Assembly (NCBI GenBank): GCA_964016885.1
Contig: OZ024743.1
Location: forward strand, 50,716,001-50,780,000
Length of the DNA stretch: 64,000 nucleotides
Reading direction: 5' to 3'
Origin: Eledone cirrhosa
Taxonomy: Eukaryota
Shown here in pieces: positions 10,079-25,040 of this stretch. The first letter of the stretch is position 1. Every line of letters begins with the position of its first letter. The notes below the pieces were generated by a model, which was given only the letters and a program-made list of their open reading frames with translations, had not been told where the DNA came from and made no database searches. A program made the translations under genes and the position numbers.

Positions 10079-11214
10079 CACCGTGTAACAAAAAAATCTT
10101 CTTTCTCTGTTCCTGACTTGTAATCACTTTCTTTGTGTTGTTTAAGTTCCAAATAAATTTTAAAAAAAAGTGCTATTAAACAGTTAAAAGTTTGAGTTTG
10201 TAAAAATTCTAAGCTATTCACTAGAATTATTTGTATGCTGCATTTTACGTTGTTTGTAAGTTTAATTTGCTTATGTTAAATGATTTTTTTTTTGTATATG
10301 TTTCACGTTAAATTAAAATTATAAAATTAAAATAATACCTAAAGAAAATTATACAAGTGCAATAAAGTATAAAATTGTTAAAAAGTGGATTAAAGAGATT
10401 TATTGATACTGGATTTTTGCACCCTGAATAAAGGGTAAGTTGTGTTAAAGCATTCTTCTCCAGGATGAAGCACTGGAACTTGGTCAAGGAGGAAGTGCAG
10501 GTGACAAGTCAGAGAAGTCGACACGAACCTTTCTCAGGCTTTTACACTCTTAGGGGTGGCCTCAGCTTCTGCCATAACGTGCCTGTACTGTTTGAAGTTA
10601 TTGGGTGCGGTTTGTGCCCAAGGAGTGGCGGATATTTATGGACAGCTCCACCACAAGTTTGAAGTCTGCCCTCCTCCACAATGGAAACAAGTTCCTGACA
10701 CAGCCCCTAGCACATTCAGTCTGCCTGAAGGAAGATTACTACAGTGTGAAAGTTCTCTTGGAAGCTCTGCAATACAACAAGTACAATTGGGAAATCATTG
10801 GAGACTCCAAGATGGTGGCTTTGCTGCTTGGACTCCAAGGAGGCTTTATCAAATTCTAATGCTTCCTCTGCCTTTGGGACAGCAGAGCCACCTCTGACAC
10901 TACAAAAGAAAGAACTGGGAGCAGCGAAGAGAATTTGTAGTTGGGACCCGGAACGTCATGATGGAGCCACTGGTTGATCCCAGGATTGTGCTCATGCCGC
11001 CACTGCACATTAAGTTTGGGTTGATGAAGCAGTTTGTGAAGGCACCTCAACCAAGAATCAGCCGCTTTTAAGTACATTCTTGTGTTCTTCCCCAAGTTAT
11101 CTGAAGCCTAAATCAAAGGTGGAATTTTTGTAGGACCTCAGACAAAGGTATTTGTGCCTACCGAGTTCTCCAATAAGCTCAATAGGATGGAGAGAACAGC
11201 ATGGAACTGTTTCA
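10079..11214 (+). mobile_element. Left part of a Chapaev/Transib-like (probably Chapaev3) DNA transposon with decayed transposase, truncated by the satellite
   Basis: It begins CACCGTGTAACAAAAAA where the R4-like ORF homology stops. Transposase motifs at ~10457-11214 are SRMKHWNL, EWRIFMDSSTTSLKSALLHNGN, GDSKMVALLLGLQGGFIKF*CFLCLWDSRA, PPLHIKFGLMKQFVK, GIFVGPQ and AWNCF. The family name comes from motif recall, not a search. Confidence 0.75.
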
Positions 11215-12009
11215 AAAAGTTCTTGGTTCTAACGCTAATTAGTTACTTAATCAAAGTTCTTGGTTCTAACTCTAAAGGTCTTATTTCTAACTCTATATAG
11301 TTACTACTCCAAAGTTCTTGTTTCTATCTCTAAATAGTTATTACTCCAAACTTCTTGGTTCTTACTCTAAATAGTTACTTCACCAAAGTCCTTGCTTCTT
11401 ACTCTAAATAGTTACTTCACCAAAATTCTTGGTTCTAATTCTAAATAGTTACTTCACCAAAGTTCTTGGTTCTAATTCTAAATAGTTACTTCACCAACTT
11501 ACTTGGTTCTAACTCTAAGTAGTTAGTACTACAAAATTTTTGGTTCTAACTCTAAATAGTTACTTCACCAAAGTTCTTGGTTCTAAATCTAAATAGTTAC
11601 TTCACCAATGTTCTTGAATCTAACACTACATAGTTACTTCCCCAAAGTTCCTGGTTCTAACACTAAATAGTTACTTAACAAAGGTTCTTGGTTCTAACTC
11701 TAAATAGTTACTTCACCAAAATTCTTGGTTATTGCACCAAATAGTTATTACAGCAACGTTCTTGGTTCTAACTCTAAATAGTTGCTCCCCAGAGTTCCTG
11801 GTTCTAACTCTAAGTAGTTACTTCACCAAAGTCCTTGGTTCTAATTCTAAATAGTTACTACTCCAAAGTTCTTGTTTCTATCTCTAAATAGTTATTACTC
11901 CTCACTTCTTGGTTCTTACTCTAAATGGTTACATTACCAACGTTCTTGGTTCTAACTCTAAATATTTACTACTCCAAAGTTCATTCTTTTAACTCTAAAT
12001 GGTTACTTC

Positions 12010-13910
12010 ACCAAAGTTCGTGGTTCTAACTCTAAATAGTTACTTCACCAAAGTTAGTGGTTCTAACTCTAAATACTTACTTCCCCAAAGTTCCTGGTTC
12101 TAACTCTAAATAGTTACTTCACAAAAGTTCTTGGTTCTAACTCTAAATAGTTACTTCACCAAAGGACTTGGTTCTATCTCAAAATAGTTACTACTCGGAA
12201 GTTCTTAGTTCTAACGCTGAATAACTACTTCACCAAAGTTCTGGGTTCTAATTGTAAATAGTTACTTTACCAAAGTTCTTGGTTCTTGCTCTAAATAGTT
12301 ATTACACTAACGTTTTTTGTTCTAACTCTAAATAGTTACTTCACCAAAGTTCTTGGTTCTAAATCTAAATAGTTACTACTCCAGAGTTTTTGGGTCTAGC
12401 TCTAAATAGTTACTTCACCAAAGTTCTTGGTTCTTACACCAAATAGTTATTACACCAAAGTTCTTGGTTCTAACTCTATATAGTTACTACTTCAAAGTTC
12501 TTGGTTCTATATCTAAATAGTTACTACTCCAAAGTTCTTGGTTCTAACTATAAATAGTTACTTCAACATAGTTCTTGGTTCTAACTCTAAATAGTTACTT
12601 CACCACAGTTCTTGGTTCTAACTCTAAATAGCTACTTCACCAAAGGTCTTGGTTCAAATTCTAAATAGTTACTTCACCAAAATTCTTGGTTCTAACTCTA
12701 AATATTTATTACACTAACGTTTTTGGTTCTAACTCTAAATAGTTACTTCACCAAAGTTCTTGGTTCTTACACTAAATAGTTATTACACTAACGTTTTTTG
12801 TTCTAACTCTAAATAGTTACTCCACAAAAGTTCTTTGTTCTAAATCTATATAGTTACTACTAAAAAGTTCTTGGTTCTAGCTCTAAATAGTTACTTCACC
12901 AAATTTCTTGGTTCTAATACTAAATAATTACTTCACCAAAGTTCTTGCTTCTATCTCTAAATAGTTATTACTCCAATGTTCTTGGTTTTGTCTCTAAATA
13001 TTTGATTCCCCAAAGTTCTTGGTTCTAATTCTAAATAGTTACTTCACCAGAGTTCTTGGTTCTAAATTTAAATAGTTACTTCACCAAAAGTCTTTGTTCT
13101 ATCTCTAAATATTTAGTACTCCAAAGTTCTTGGTTCTAGCTCTAAATAGTTACTCCACCAAAGTTCGTGGTTCTAACTCTAAATAGTTACTTCACCAAAG
13201 TTAGTGGTTCTAACTCTAAATACTTACTTCCCCAAAGTTCCTGGTTCTAACTCTAAATAGTTACTTCACAAAAGTTCTTGGTTCTAACTCTAAATAGTTA
13301 CTTCACCAAAGGACTTGGTTCTATCTCAAAATAGTTACTACTCGGAAGTTCTTAGTTCTAACGCTGAATAACTACTTCACCAAAGTTCTTGGTTCTAATT
13401 GTAAATAGTTACTTTACCAAAGTTCTTGGTTCTTGCTCTAAATAGTTATTACACTAACGTTTTTTGTTCTAACTCTAAATAGTTACTTCACCAAAGTTCT
13501 TGGTTCTAAATCTAAATAGTTACTACTCCAGAGTTTTTGGGTCTAGCTCTAAATAGTTACTTCACCAAAGTTCTTGGTTCTTACACCAAATAGTTATTAC
13601 ACCAAAGTTCTTGGTTCTAACTCTATATAGTTACTACTTCAAAGTTCTTGGTTCTATATCTAAATAGATACTACTCCAAAGTTCTTGGTTCTAACTCTAA
13701 ATAGTTACTTCAACATAGTTCTTGGTTCTAACTCTAAATAGTTACTTCACCACAGTTCTTGGTTCTAACTCTAAATAGCTACTTCACCAAAGGTCTTGGT
13801 TCAAATTCTAAATAGTTACTTCACCAAAGTTCTTGGTTCTAACTCTAAATAGTTATTACACTAACGTTTTTGGTTCTAACTCTAAATAGTTACTTCACCA
13901 AAGTTCTTGG
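12010..13910 (+). repeat. Partial higher-order duplication, offset 1147 bp (31 x 37)
   Basis: Rare variants recur at a fixed offset: TTAGTGG at 12054/13201 and CTCGGAA at 12194/13341. Confidence 0.85.
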
Positions 13911-16900
13911 TTTTGACTCTAAATATTTGATTCCCCAAAGTTCTTGGTTCTAATTCTAAACAGTTACTTCACCAGAGTTCTTGGTTCTAACTCTAAATAG
14001 TTACTTCACCAGAGTCCTTGGTTCTAAATCTAAATAGTTACTTCACCAAAAGTCTTTGTTATATCTCTAAATATTTTGTACTCCAAAGTTCTTGGTTCTA
14101 GCTCTAAATAGTTACTTCACCATAGTTCTTGGTTCTAACTCTAAATAGTTACTTCACCAAAAGTCTTGGTTCTATCTCTAAATAGTTACTACTCCAAGGT
14201 TCTTGGTTCTAACTCTATATCATTACTACTCCAAGCTTCTTGGATCTATCTCTAAATAGTTATTACTCAAATGATATTGGTTTTAACTCTAAATAGTTAC
14301 TTCACCAAAGTTCTTGGTTCTAACTCTAAATAGTTACTAAATCAAACGTCTTGGTTCTATCTCTAAATAGTTACTACTCCAAAGTTCTTGGTTTAAGCTA
14401 TAAATAGTTACTTCACCAAAGTTCTTGGTTCTAATTCTAAATAGTTACTTCACCAAAGTTCTTGGTTCTAACTGTATATCATTACTATTCCAAACTTCTT
14501 GGATCTATCTCTAAATAGTTATTACTCAAATTATCTTGTTTTTAACTTTAAATAGTTACTTCACCAACGTTCTTGGTTCTAACTCAAAGTAGTTACTCCT
14601 CCAAAAGATTGCTTCTATCGCTAAATAGATACTACTCGAAAATTCTTGGTTCTAACTCTAAATAGTTACTTCACCAACGGACTTGGTTCTATCTCTAAAT
14701 AGTTACTACACAATCATTCTTGGTTCTAGCTCTGTATAGTTACTTCACCATAGTTCTTGGTTTTAAGTCTAAATAGTTACTTCACCAAGGTTCTTGGTTC
14801 TAATTCTAAATAGTTACTTCACCAAAGTTCATGGTTCTTATAGTAAATAGTTACATCCCCAAAGTTCCTGGTTCTACCTCTAAATAGATACTTAACGTAA
14901 GTTCTTCGTTCTAACTCTAAACAGTTACTTCACCAAAGTTCTTGGTTCTAACTCTAAATATTTACTGCTCCACATTTCTTAGTTCTAACTCAAAATAGTT
15001 ACTTCACCAAAGGTCTTGGTTCTATCTCTAATTAGTTACTTCAACATAGTTCTTGGTTCTAACTCTAAATAGCTACTTCAGCGAAGGTCTTGGTTCTAAT
15101 TCTAAATAGTTATTACACTAACGTTTTTAGTTCTAACTCTAAATAGTTACTTCATCAAAGGTCTTGGTTCTATCGCTAAATAGATACTACTCCAAAGTTC
15201 TTGGTTCTAACTCTAAATAGTTACTTCACCAAAGTTCTTGGTTCTATCTCTAAATAGTTACTTCAACATAGTTCTTGGTTCTAAATCTAAATAGTTACTT
15301 CACCGAAGGACTTGGTTCTGTCTCTAAATAGTTACTACTCCAAAGTTCTTGGTTCTAACTCTATATCATTACTACTCCAAGCTTCTTGGATCTATCTCTA
15401 AATAGTTATTACTCAAATGATCTTGGTTTTAACTCTAGATAGTTACTTCACCAAAGTTCTTGGTTCTAACTCTAAATAGTTACTACTAGAAAATTCATGG
15501 TTCTAACGCTGAATAGTTATTTTAGCAATGTTCTTGGTTCTAACTCTAAATATTTACTACTCCAAAGTACTTCGTTCTAATTCTAAATAGTTACTTCACC
15601 AGAGTTCTTTGTTCTGTCTCTAAATAGTTACTTCACCAAAGGTCTTGGTTCTAGCTATAAATAGTTACTACACAAAAGTTCTTGGTTCTAATTCTAAATA
15701 GTTACTTCACCAAAGTGCTTGGTTCTATCTCTAAATAGTTACGTCTCCATAGTTCTTGGTTCTAATTCTAAATAGTTAATTCACCAAAGTTCTTGGTTCT
15801 AACTGTATATCATTACTACTCCAAACTTCTTGGATCTATCTCTAAATAGTTATTACTCAAATTATCTTGTTTTTAACTCTAAGTAGTTACTTCACCTACG
15901 TTCTTGGTTCTAACTCAAAGTAGTTACTCATCCAAAGGATTTGTTCTGTGGCTAAATAGATACTACTCGAAAATTCTTGGTTCTAACGCTGAATAGTTAC
16001 TTCACCAAAGTTCTTGGTTCTAATTCTAAATAGTTATTCACCAAAGTTCTTGTTTCTAACTCTAAATAGTTACGCCACCAAAGTTCTTGGTTCTAATTCT
16101 AAATAGTTACTACACCAAAGTTCTTGGTTTTAGCATTAATAGTTACTTAACCAAAGTTCATGGTGCTAATACTAAATAGTTACTTCCCCCAAAGTTCCTG
16201 GTTCTACCTCTAAATAGATACTTAACAAAAGTTCTTGGTTCTAATTCTAAGAAGTTACTTCACCAAAGTCCTTGCTTATATCTCTAAATAGTTACTTCAC
16301 CAGAATTATTGATTCTAACTCTAAATAGTTACTTCCCCAAAGTTCCTTCTTCCAGCTCTAACTAGTTACTTAACAAACGTTCTTCGTTCTAACTCTAAAT
16401 AGTTACTTCACCAAAGGACTTGGTTCTATCTCTAAATAGTTACTACACAATCATTCTTGGTTCTAGAGCTGTATAGTTACTTCACCATAGTTCTTGGTTC
16501 TAAGTCTAAATAGTTACTTCACCAAGGTTCTTGGTTCTAATTCTAAATAGTTACTTCACCAAAGTTCATGGTTCTTATACTAAATAGTTACTTCCTCAAA
16601 GTTCCTGGTTCTACCTCTAAATAGATACTTAACATAAGTTCTTCGTTCTAACTCTAAATAGTTACTCCACCAAAGGACATGGTTCTCTCTCTAAATAGTT
16701 ACTACTCGAAAATTCATGGTTCTAACGCTGAATAGTTACTTTACAAACGTTCTTGGTTCTAATTCTAAATAGTTACTTCACCAAAGGTCTTGGTTCTATC
16801 TCTAATTAGTTACTTCAACATAGTTCTTGGTTCTAACTCTAAATAGCTACTTCAGCGAAGGTCTTGGTTCTAATTCTAAATAGTTACTACACTAACATTT

Positions 16901-19900
16901 TTAGTTCTAACTCTAAATATTTACATCAACATAGTTCTTCATTCTAACTCTAAATAGTTACTTCACCAAAGGTCTTGGTTCTATCGCTAAATAGATACTA
17001 CTCCAAAGTTCTTGGTTCTAACTCTAAATAGTTACTTCACCGAAGGACTTGGTTCTGTCTCTAAATAGTTACTACTCGACAGTTCATGGTTTTGACGCTG
17101 AATAGTTACTTTACCAAAGTTATTTGTTCTAATTCTAAATAGTTACCCCACCAAAATTCTTGGTTCTAAATCTAAATAGTTACTTCACCAAAGTTCTTGG
17201 TTCTATCTATATATCATTACTACTCCAAACTTCTTGGTTCTGACTCTAAATATTTGATTCCCCAACGTTCTTGTTTCTAACTCTAAATAGTTACTTTACC
17301 AAAAGTCTTGGTTCTATATTTAAATAGTTACTACTCCAAAGTTCTTGGTTCTAGCTCTAAATAGTTACTTCACCAAAGGTGTTTGTTCTAAATCTAAATA
17401 GTTACTTTACCAAAAGTCTTGGTTCTATATTTAAATAGTTACTACTCCAAAGTTCTTGGTTCTAGCTCTAAATAGTTACTTCACCAAAGGTGTTTGTTCT
17501 AAATCTAGATAGTTACTTTAAAGTTCTTGGTTCTATCTATATATCTTTACTACTCCAAACTTCTTGGTTCTATTTCTAAATAGTTATTACACAAATGATC
17601 TTGGTTCTAACTCTAAGTAGTTACTACTCGAAAGAATTGGTTCTATCGCTAAATAGATACTTCTCGAAATTATTGGTTCTAACGCTGAATAGTTACTTCT
17701 ATCTCTAAATAGTTACTACTACAACGTTCTTGGTTCTAGCATTAATAGTTACTTCCCCAAAGTTCCTCGTTCTACCTCTAAATAGATACTTAACAAAAGT
17801 TTTCGTTCTAACTCTAAATAGTTACTTCACCAAAGGACTTGGTTCTATCTCTAAATAGTTACTACTCGAAAATTCATGGTTCTAAAGCTGAATAGTTACT
17901 TTACCAAAGTTCTTGGTTCTAATTCTAAATAGTTACTTCACTAAAGTTCTTGGTTCTAACTCTAAATATTTACTACTCCAAAGTTCTTAGTTCTAACACT
18001 AAATAGTTACTTTACAAACGTTCTTGGTTCTAACTCAAAATAGTTACTTCACCAAAGTCCTTGGTTCTAATTCTAAATAGTTACTTCACCAACGTTCTTC
18101 GTTCTAACTCTAAATAGTGACTTCAACATTGTTCTTGGTTCTAACATTAAATAGTTACTTCACCAAAGGTCTTGGTTCTATCTCTAAATAGTTACTTCAG
18201 CAAAGTTCTTGGTTCTAACATTAAATAGTTACTTCACCAAAGGTCTTGGTTCTAACTCTAAATAGTTAGTTCACCAAAGTTCTTGGTTCTAACATTAAAT
18301 AGTTACTTCACCAAAGTTCTTGGTTCTAACTCTAAATAGTTGCTTCACCAAAGTTCTTGGTTCTAACATTAAATAGTTACTTCACCAAAGGTCTTGGTTC
18401 TAACTCTAAATAGTTAGTTCACCAAAGTTCTTGGTTCTAACATTAAATAGTTACTTCACCAAAGATCTTGGTTCTAACTCTAAATAGTTACTTCACCAAA
18501 GTTCTTGGTTCTAACATTAAATAGTTACTTCACCAAAGGTCTTGGTTCTAACTCTAAATAGTTACTTCACCAGAGTTCTTGGTTCTAACATTAAATAGTT
18601 ACTTCACCAAAGGTCTTGGTTCTAACTCTAAATAGTTACTTCACCAAACTTCTTGGTTCTATCTCTAAATAGTTACTACTCCAAAGTTCTTGGTTCTAGC
18701 TCTAAATAGTTACTTCACCAAAGTTCTTGGATCTAATTCTAAATAGTTACTTCACCAAAGTTCTTGGTTCTATCTCTATATCATTACTCCTCCAAACTTC
18801 TTGGTTCTATCTCTAAATAGTTATTACACAAATGATCTTGGTTCTAACTCTAAATAGTTACTTCACCAAAGTTCTTGGTTCTAACATTAAATAGTTACTT
18901 CACCAAAGGTCTGGTTTCTATCTCTAAATAGCTACGACTCAAAGGTTCTTGGTTGTAGCATTAATAGTTACTTCCCCAAAGTTCCTCTAAATAGATACTT
19001 AACAAAAGTTTTCGTTCTAACTCAAAATAGTTACTGCACCAAAGGATTTGGTTCTAACTCTATATAGTTACTTCGCCAAGAATCTTGGTTCTATCACTAA
19101 ATAGTTACTTCAACATAGTTCTTGGTTCTGTCTCTAAATAGTTACTACTCGAAAATTCATGGTTCTAACGCTGAATAGTTATTTTACCAAAGTTCTTGGT
19201 TCTAACTCTAAATATTTACTACTCCAAAGTACTTGGTTCTAACTCTAAATATTTACTTCACCAGAGTTCTTGGTTCTAACTCTAAATAGCTACTTCACCA
19301 AAGGTCTTGGTTCTAACATTAAATAATTACTTCACCAAAGGTCGTGGTTCTATCTCTAAATAGTTACTTCACCAAAGTTCTTGGTTCTAACATTAAATAG
19401 TTACTTCTCCAAAGGTTTTGGTTCTATCTCTAAATAGTTACATCACCAAAGTTCTTGGTTCTATCTCTAAATAGTTATTACACAAATGATCTTGGTTCTA
19501 AATAGATACTTCTCGAAATTATTGGTTCTAACGCTGAATAGTTACTTCACCAAAGTTCTTGGTTCTAATTCTAAATAGTTACTTCACCAAAGTTCTTGGT
19601 TCTAACTCTAAATAGTTACTTCACCAAGGTTCTTGGTTCTAATTCTAAATAGTTACTTCACCTACGTTCTTGGTTCTAACTCTAAGTAGTTACTACTCGA
19701 AAGGATTGGTTCTATCGCTAAATAGATACTTCTCGTAATTATTGGTTCTACTGCTGAATAGTTACTTCACCAATGTTCTTGGTTCTAATTCTAAATAGTT
19801 ACTTCACCAGAGTTCTTGGTTCTGTCTCTAAATAGTTACTTCACAAAAGGACTTGGTTCGAATTCTAAATAGTTACTTCACCAGAGTTCTTGGTTCTGTC

Positions 19901-20269
19901 TCTAAATGGTGACTTCACCAAAGGTCTTGGTTCTAACGTTAAATAGTTACTTCACCAAAGGTCTTGGTTCTAACTCTAAATAGTTAGTTCACCAAAGTTC
20001 TTGGTTCTAACTCTAAATAGTTACTTCACCAACGTTCTTGGTTCTAACTCTAAATAGTTACTTCAACAAAGTTCTTGGTAATAACTCTAAATAGTTACTT
20101 CACCAAAGTTCTTGGTTCTAACTCTAAATAGTTACTTCACCAAAGTTCTCGGTTCTAACTGTAAGTAGTTACTTCACCAAAGTTCTTGGTTCTAACTCTA
20201 AATAGTTACTTCACCAAAGTTCTTGGTTCTAAATTTAAATAGTTACTTCAATAAAAGGACTTGGTTCTA

Positions 20270-23200
20270 ACTCTAAATAGTTACTTCACCAAAGTTCTCG
20301 GTTCTAACTGTAAGTAGTTACTTCACCAAAGTTCTTGGTTCTAACTCTAAATAGTTACTTCACCAAGGTTCTTGGTTCTAACTCTAAATAGTTACTTCAC
20401 CAAAGTTCTTGGTTCTAACATTAAATAGTTGTTCTAATTCTAAATAGTTACTTCACCAAAATTCTTGGTTCTAACTCTAAATCGTTACTTCACCAAAGTT
20501 ATTGGTTCTAACTTTAAATAGTTACTTCACCAAAGTTCTTGGTTCTATCTCTAAATAGTTATTACACAAATGATCTTGGTTCTAAATAGATACTTCACTA
20601 AAGTTCTTCGTTCTAACTCTAAATAGTTACTTCACCAAGGTTCTTGGTTCTAATTCTAAATAGTTACTTCACCAACGTTCTTGGTTCTAACTCTAAGTAG
20701 TTACTACTCGAAAGGATTGGTTCAATCGCTAAATAGATACTTCTCGTAATTATTGGTTCTACTGCTGAATAGTTACTTCACCAAAGTTCTTGGTTCTAAC
20801 TCTAAATAGTTACTTCACCAAAGTTCTTGGTTCTAACATTAAATAGTTACTTCATCAACGGTCTTGGTTCTATCTCTAAATAGTTACTACTCCAAAGTTC
20901 TTGGTTCTAGCATTAATAGTTACTTCCCCAAAGTTCCTCTTCTACCTCTAAATAGTTACTTAACAAAAGTTTTCGTTGCAACTCTAAATAGTTACTTCAC
21001 CAAAGGAAGTTGTTCTAACTCTATATAGTTACTTCACCAAAAATCTTGGTTCTATCACTAAATAGTTACTTCAACATAGTTCTTGGTTCTGTCTCTAAAT
21101 AGTTACTACTAGAAAATTCATGGTTCTAACGCTGAATAGTTATTTTACCAATGTTCTTGGTTCTAACTCTAAATATTTACTACTCCAAAGTACTTGGTTC
21201 TAATTCTAAATAGTTACTTCACCAGAGTTCTTTGTTCTGTCTCTAAATAGTTACTTCACCAAAGTTCTTGGTTCTAACTCTAAATATTTACTTCACCAAA
21301 GTTCTTGGTTCTAACTTTAAATAGTTACTTCACCAGAGTTCTTGGTTCTGTCTCTAAATAGTTACTTCACCAAAGGTCTTGGTTCTATCTCTAAATAGTT
21401 ACTTCACCAAAGGTCTTGGTTCTAACTGTAAATAGTTACTTCACCAAAGTTCTTGTTTCTAACATTAAATAGTTACTGCACCAAAGGTCTTGGTTCTAAC
21501 TCTAAATAGTTACTTCACCAAAGTTCTTGGTTCTAACATTAAATAGTTACTTCACCAAAGGTCTTGGTTCTAACATTAAATAGTTACTTCACCAAAGGTC
21601 TTGGTTCTAACTCTAAATATTTGATTCCCAAAAGTTCTTGATTCTAACGCTAAATAGTTACATTACCAAAAGTCTTGGTTCTATTTGTAAATAGTTACTA
21701 CTCCAAAGTTTTTGGTTCTAGCTCTAAATAGTTACTTCACCAAAGTTCTTCGATCTAATTCTAAATAGTTACTTCACCAAAGTTCTTGGTTCTATCTCTA
21801 TATCATTACTCCTCCAAACTTCTTGGATCTAACTCTAAATAGTTACTTCACCACAGTTCTTGGTTCTATCTCTATATCATTACTCCTCCAAAATTCTTGG
21901 TTCTAACTCTAAATAGTTACTTCACCAAAGTTCGTGACTCTTGCTCTAAATAGTTATTACACCAAAGTTCTTGGTTCTAACTCTAAATAGTTATCACACA
22001 AATGATCCTGGTTCTAACTCTAAATAGGTACTTCACCAACGTTCTTGGTTCTAACTCTAATTAGTTACTACTCGAAAGGATTGGTTCTATCGCTAAATAG
22101 ATACTTATCGAAATTATTGATTCTACCGCTGAATAGTTACTTCACCAAAGTTCTTGGTTCTAATTCTAAATAGTTACTTCACCAAAGTTCTTGGTTCTAA
22201 CTCTAAATAGTTACTTCACCAAAGTTCTTGCTTCTAACTCTAAATAGTTACTTCACCAAAATTCTTGGTTCTAACATTAAATAGTTACTTCACCAAAGGT
22301 CTTGGTTCTATCTCTAAATAGTTTCTACTCCAAAGTTCTTGGTTCTAGCATTAATAGTTACTTCCCCAAGGTTCCTCGTTCTACCTCTAAATAGATGCTT
22401 AACAAAAGTTTTCGTTCTAACGCTAAATAGTTACTTCTCCAAAGGACTTGGTTCTAACTCTAAATAGTTACTTCACCAAAGTACTTGGTTCTGTCTCTAA
22501 ATAGTTACTACTAGAAGATTCATGGTTCTAACGCTGAATAGTTATTTTACCAACGTCCTTGGTTCTAACTCTAAATAGTTACTTCCCTAAAGTTCTTGGT
22601 TCTACCTCTAAATATTTACTACTCCAAAGTTCTTGGTTCTAACTCTAAATAGTTACTTCACCAAAGTTCTCGGTTCTAACTGTAAGTAGTTACTTCACCA
22701 AAGTTCTTGGTTCTAACTCTAAATAGTTACTTCACCAAGGTTCTTGGTTCTAACTCTAAATAGTTACTTCACCAAAGTTCTTGGTTCTAACATTAAATAG
22801 TTGTTCTAATTCTAAATAGTTACTTCACCAAAATTCTTGGTTCTAACTCTAAATCGTTACTTCACCAAAGTTATTGGTTCTAACTTTAAATAGTTACTTC
22901 ACCAAAGTTCTTGGTTCTATCTCTAAATAGTTATTACACAAATGATCTTGGTTCTAAATAGATACTTCACTAAAGTTCTTCGTTCTAACTCTAAATAGTT
23001 ACTTCACCAAGGTTCTTGGTTCTAATTCTAAATAGTTACTTCACCAACGTTCTTGGTTCTAACTCTAAGTAGTTACTACTCGAAAGGATTGGTTCAATCG
23101 CTAAATAGATACTTCTCGTAATTATTGGTTCTACTGCTGAATAGTTACTTCACCAAAGTTCTTGGTTCTAACTCTAAATAGTTACTTCACCAAAGTTCTT

Positions 23201-25040
23201 GGTTCTAACATTAAATAGTTACTTCATCAACGGTCTTGGTTCTATCTCTAAATAGTTACTACTCCAAAGTTCTTGGTTCTAGCATTAATAGTTACTTCCC
23301 CAAAGTTCCTCTTCTACCTCTAAATAGTTACTTAACAAAAGTTTTCGTTGCAACTCTAAATAGTTACTTCACCAAAGGAAGTTGTTCTAACTCTATATAG
23401 TTACTTCACCAAAAATCTTGGTTCTATCACTAAATAGTTACTTCAACATAGTTCTTGGTTCTGTCTCTAAATAGTTACTACTAGAAAATTCATGGTTCTA
23501 ACGCTGAATAGTTATTTTACCAATGTTCTTGGTTCTAACTCTAAATATTTACTACTCCAAAGTACTTGGTTCTAATTCTAAATAGTTACTTCACCAGAGT
23601 TCTTTGTTCTGTCTCTAAATAGTTACTTCACCAAAGTTCTTGGTTCTAACTCTAAATATTTACTTCACCAAAGTTCTTGGTTCTAACTTTAAATAGTTAC
23701 TTCACCAGAGTTCTTGGTTCTGTCTCTAAATAGTTACTTCACCAAAGGTCTTGGTTCTATCTCTAAATAGTTACTTCACCAAAGGTCTTGGTTCTAACTG
23801 TAAATAGTTACTTCACCAAAGTTCTTGTTTCTAACATTAAATAGTTACTGCACCAAAGGTCTTGGTTCTAACTCTAAATAGTTACTTCACCAAAGTTCTT
23901 GGTTCTAACATTAAATAGTTACTTCACCAAAGGTCTTGGTTCTAACATTAAATAGTTACTTCACCAAAGGTCTTGGTTCTAACTCTAAATATTTGATTCC
24001 CAAAAGTTCTTGATTCTAACGCTAAATAGTTACATTACCAAAAGTCTTGGTTCTATTTGTAAATAGTTACTACTCCAAAGTTTTTGGTTCTAGCTCTAAA
24101 TAGTTACTTCACCAAAGTTCTTCGATCTAATTCTAAATAGTTACTTCACCAAAGTTCTTGGTTCTATCTCTATATCATTACTCCTCCAAACTTCTTGGAT
24201 CTAACTCTAAATAGTTACTTCACCACAGTTCTTGGTTCTATCTCTATATCATTACTCCTCCAAAATTCTTGGTTCTAACTCTAAATAGTTACTTCACCAA
24301 AGTTCGTGACTCTTGCTCTAAATAGTTATTACACCAAAGTTCTTGGTTCTAACTCTAAATAGTTATCACACAAATGATCCTGGTTCTAACTCTAAATAGG
24401 TACTTCACCAACGTTCTTGGTTCTAACTCTAATTAGTTACTACTCGAAAGGATTGGTTCTATCGCTAAATAGATACTTATCGAAATTATTGATTCTACCG
24501 CTGAATAGTTACTTCACCAAAGTTCTTGGTTCTAATTCTAAATAGTTACTTCACCAAAGTTCTTGGTTCTAACTCTAAATAGTTACTTCACCAAAGTTCT
24601 TGCTTCTAACTCTAAATAGTTACTTCACCAAAATTCTTGGTTCTAACATTAAATAGTTACTTCACCAAAGGTCTTGGTTCTATCTCTAAATAGTTTCTAC
24701 TCCAAAGTTCTTGGTTCTAGCATTAATAGTTACTTCCCCAAGGTTCCTCGTTCTACCTCTAAATAGATGCTTAACAAAAGTTTTCGTTCTAACGCTAAAT
24801 AGTTACTTCTCCAAAGGACTTGGTTCTAACTCTAAATAGTTACTTCACCAAAGTACTTGGTTCTGTCTCTAAATAGTTACTACTAGAAGATTCATGGTTC
24901 TAACGCTGAATAGTTATTTTACCAACGTCCTTGGTTCTAACTCTAAATAGTTACTTCCCTAAAGTTCTTGGTTCTACCTCTAAATATTTACTACTCCAAA
25001 GTTCTTGGTTCTAACTCTAAATAGTTACTTCACCAAAGTT
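20270..25040 (+). repeat. Tandem duplication of a 2372-bp satellite block (2 copies)
   Basis: Markers CTCGG at 20297/22669, CAAAGGAAG at 21001/23373 and TTATCACACA at 21991/24363. Confidence 0.9.
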
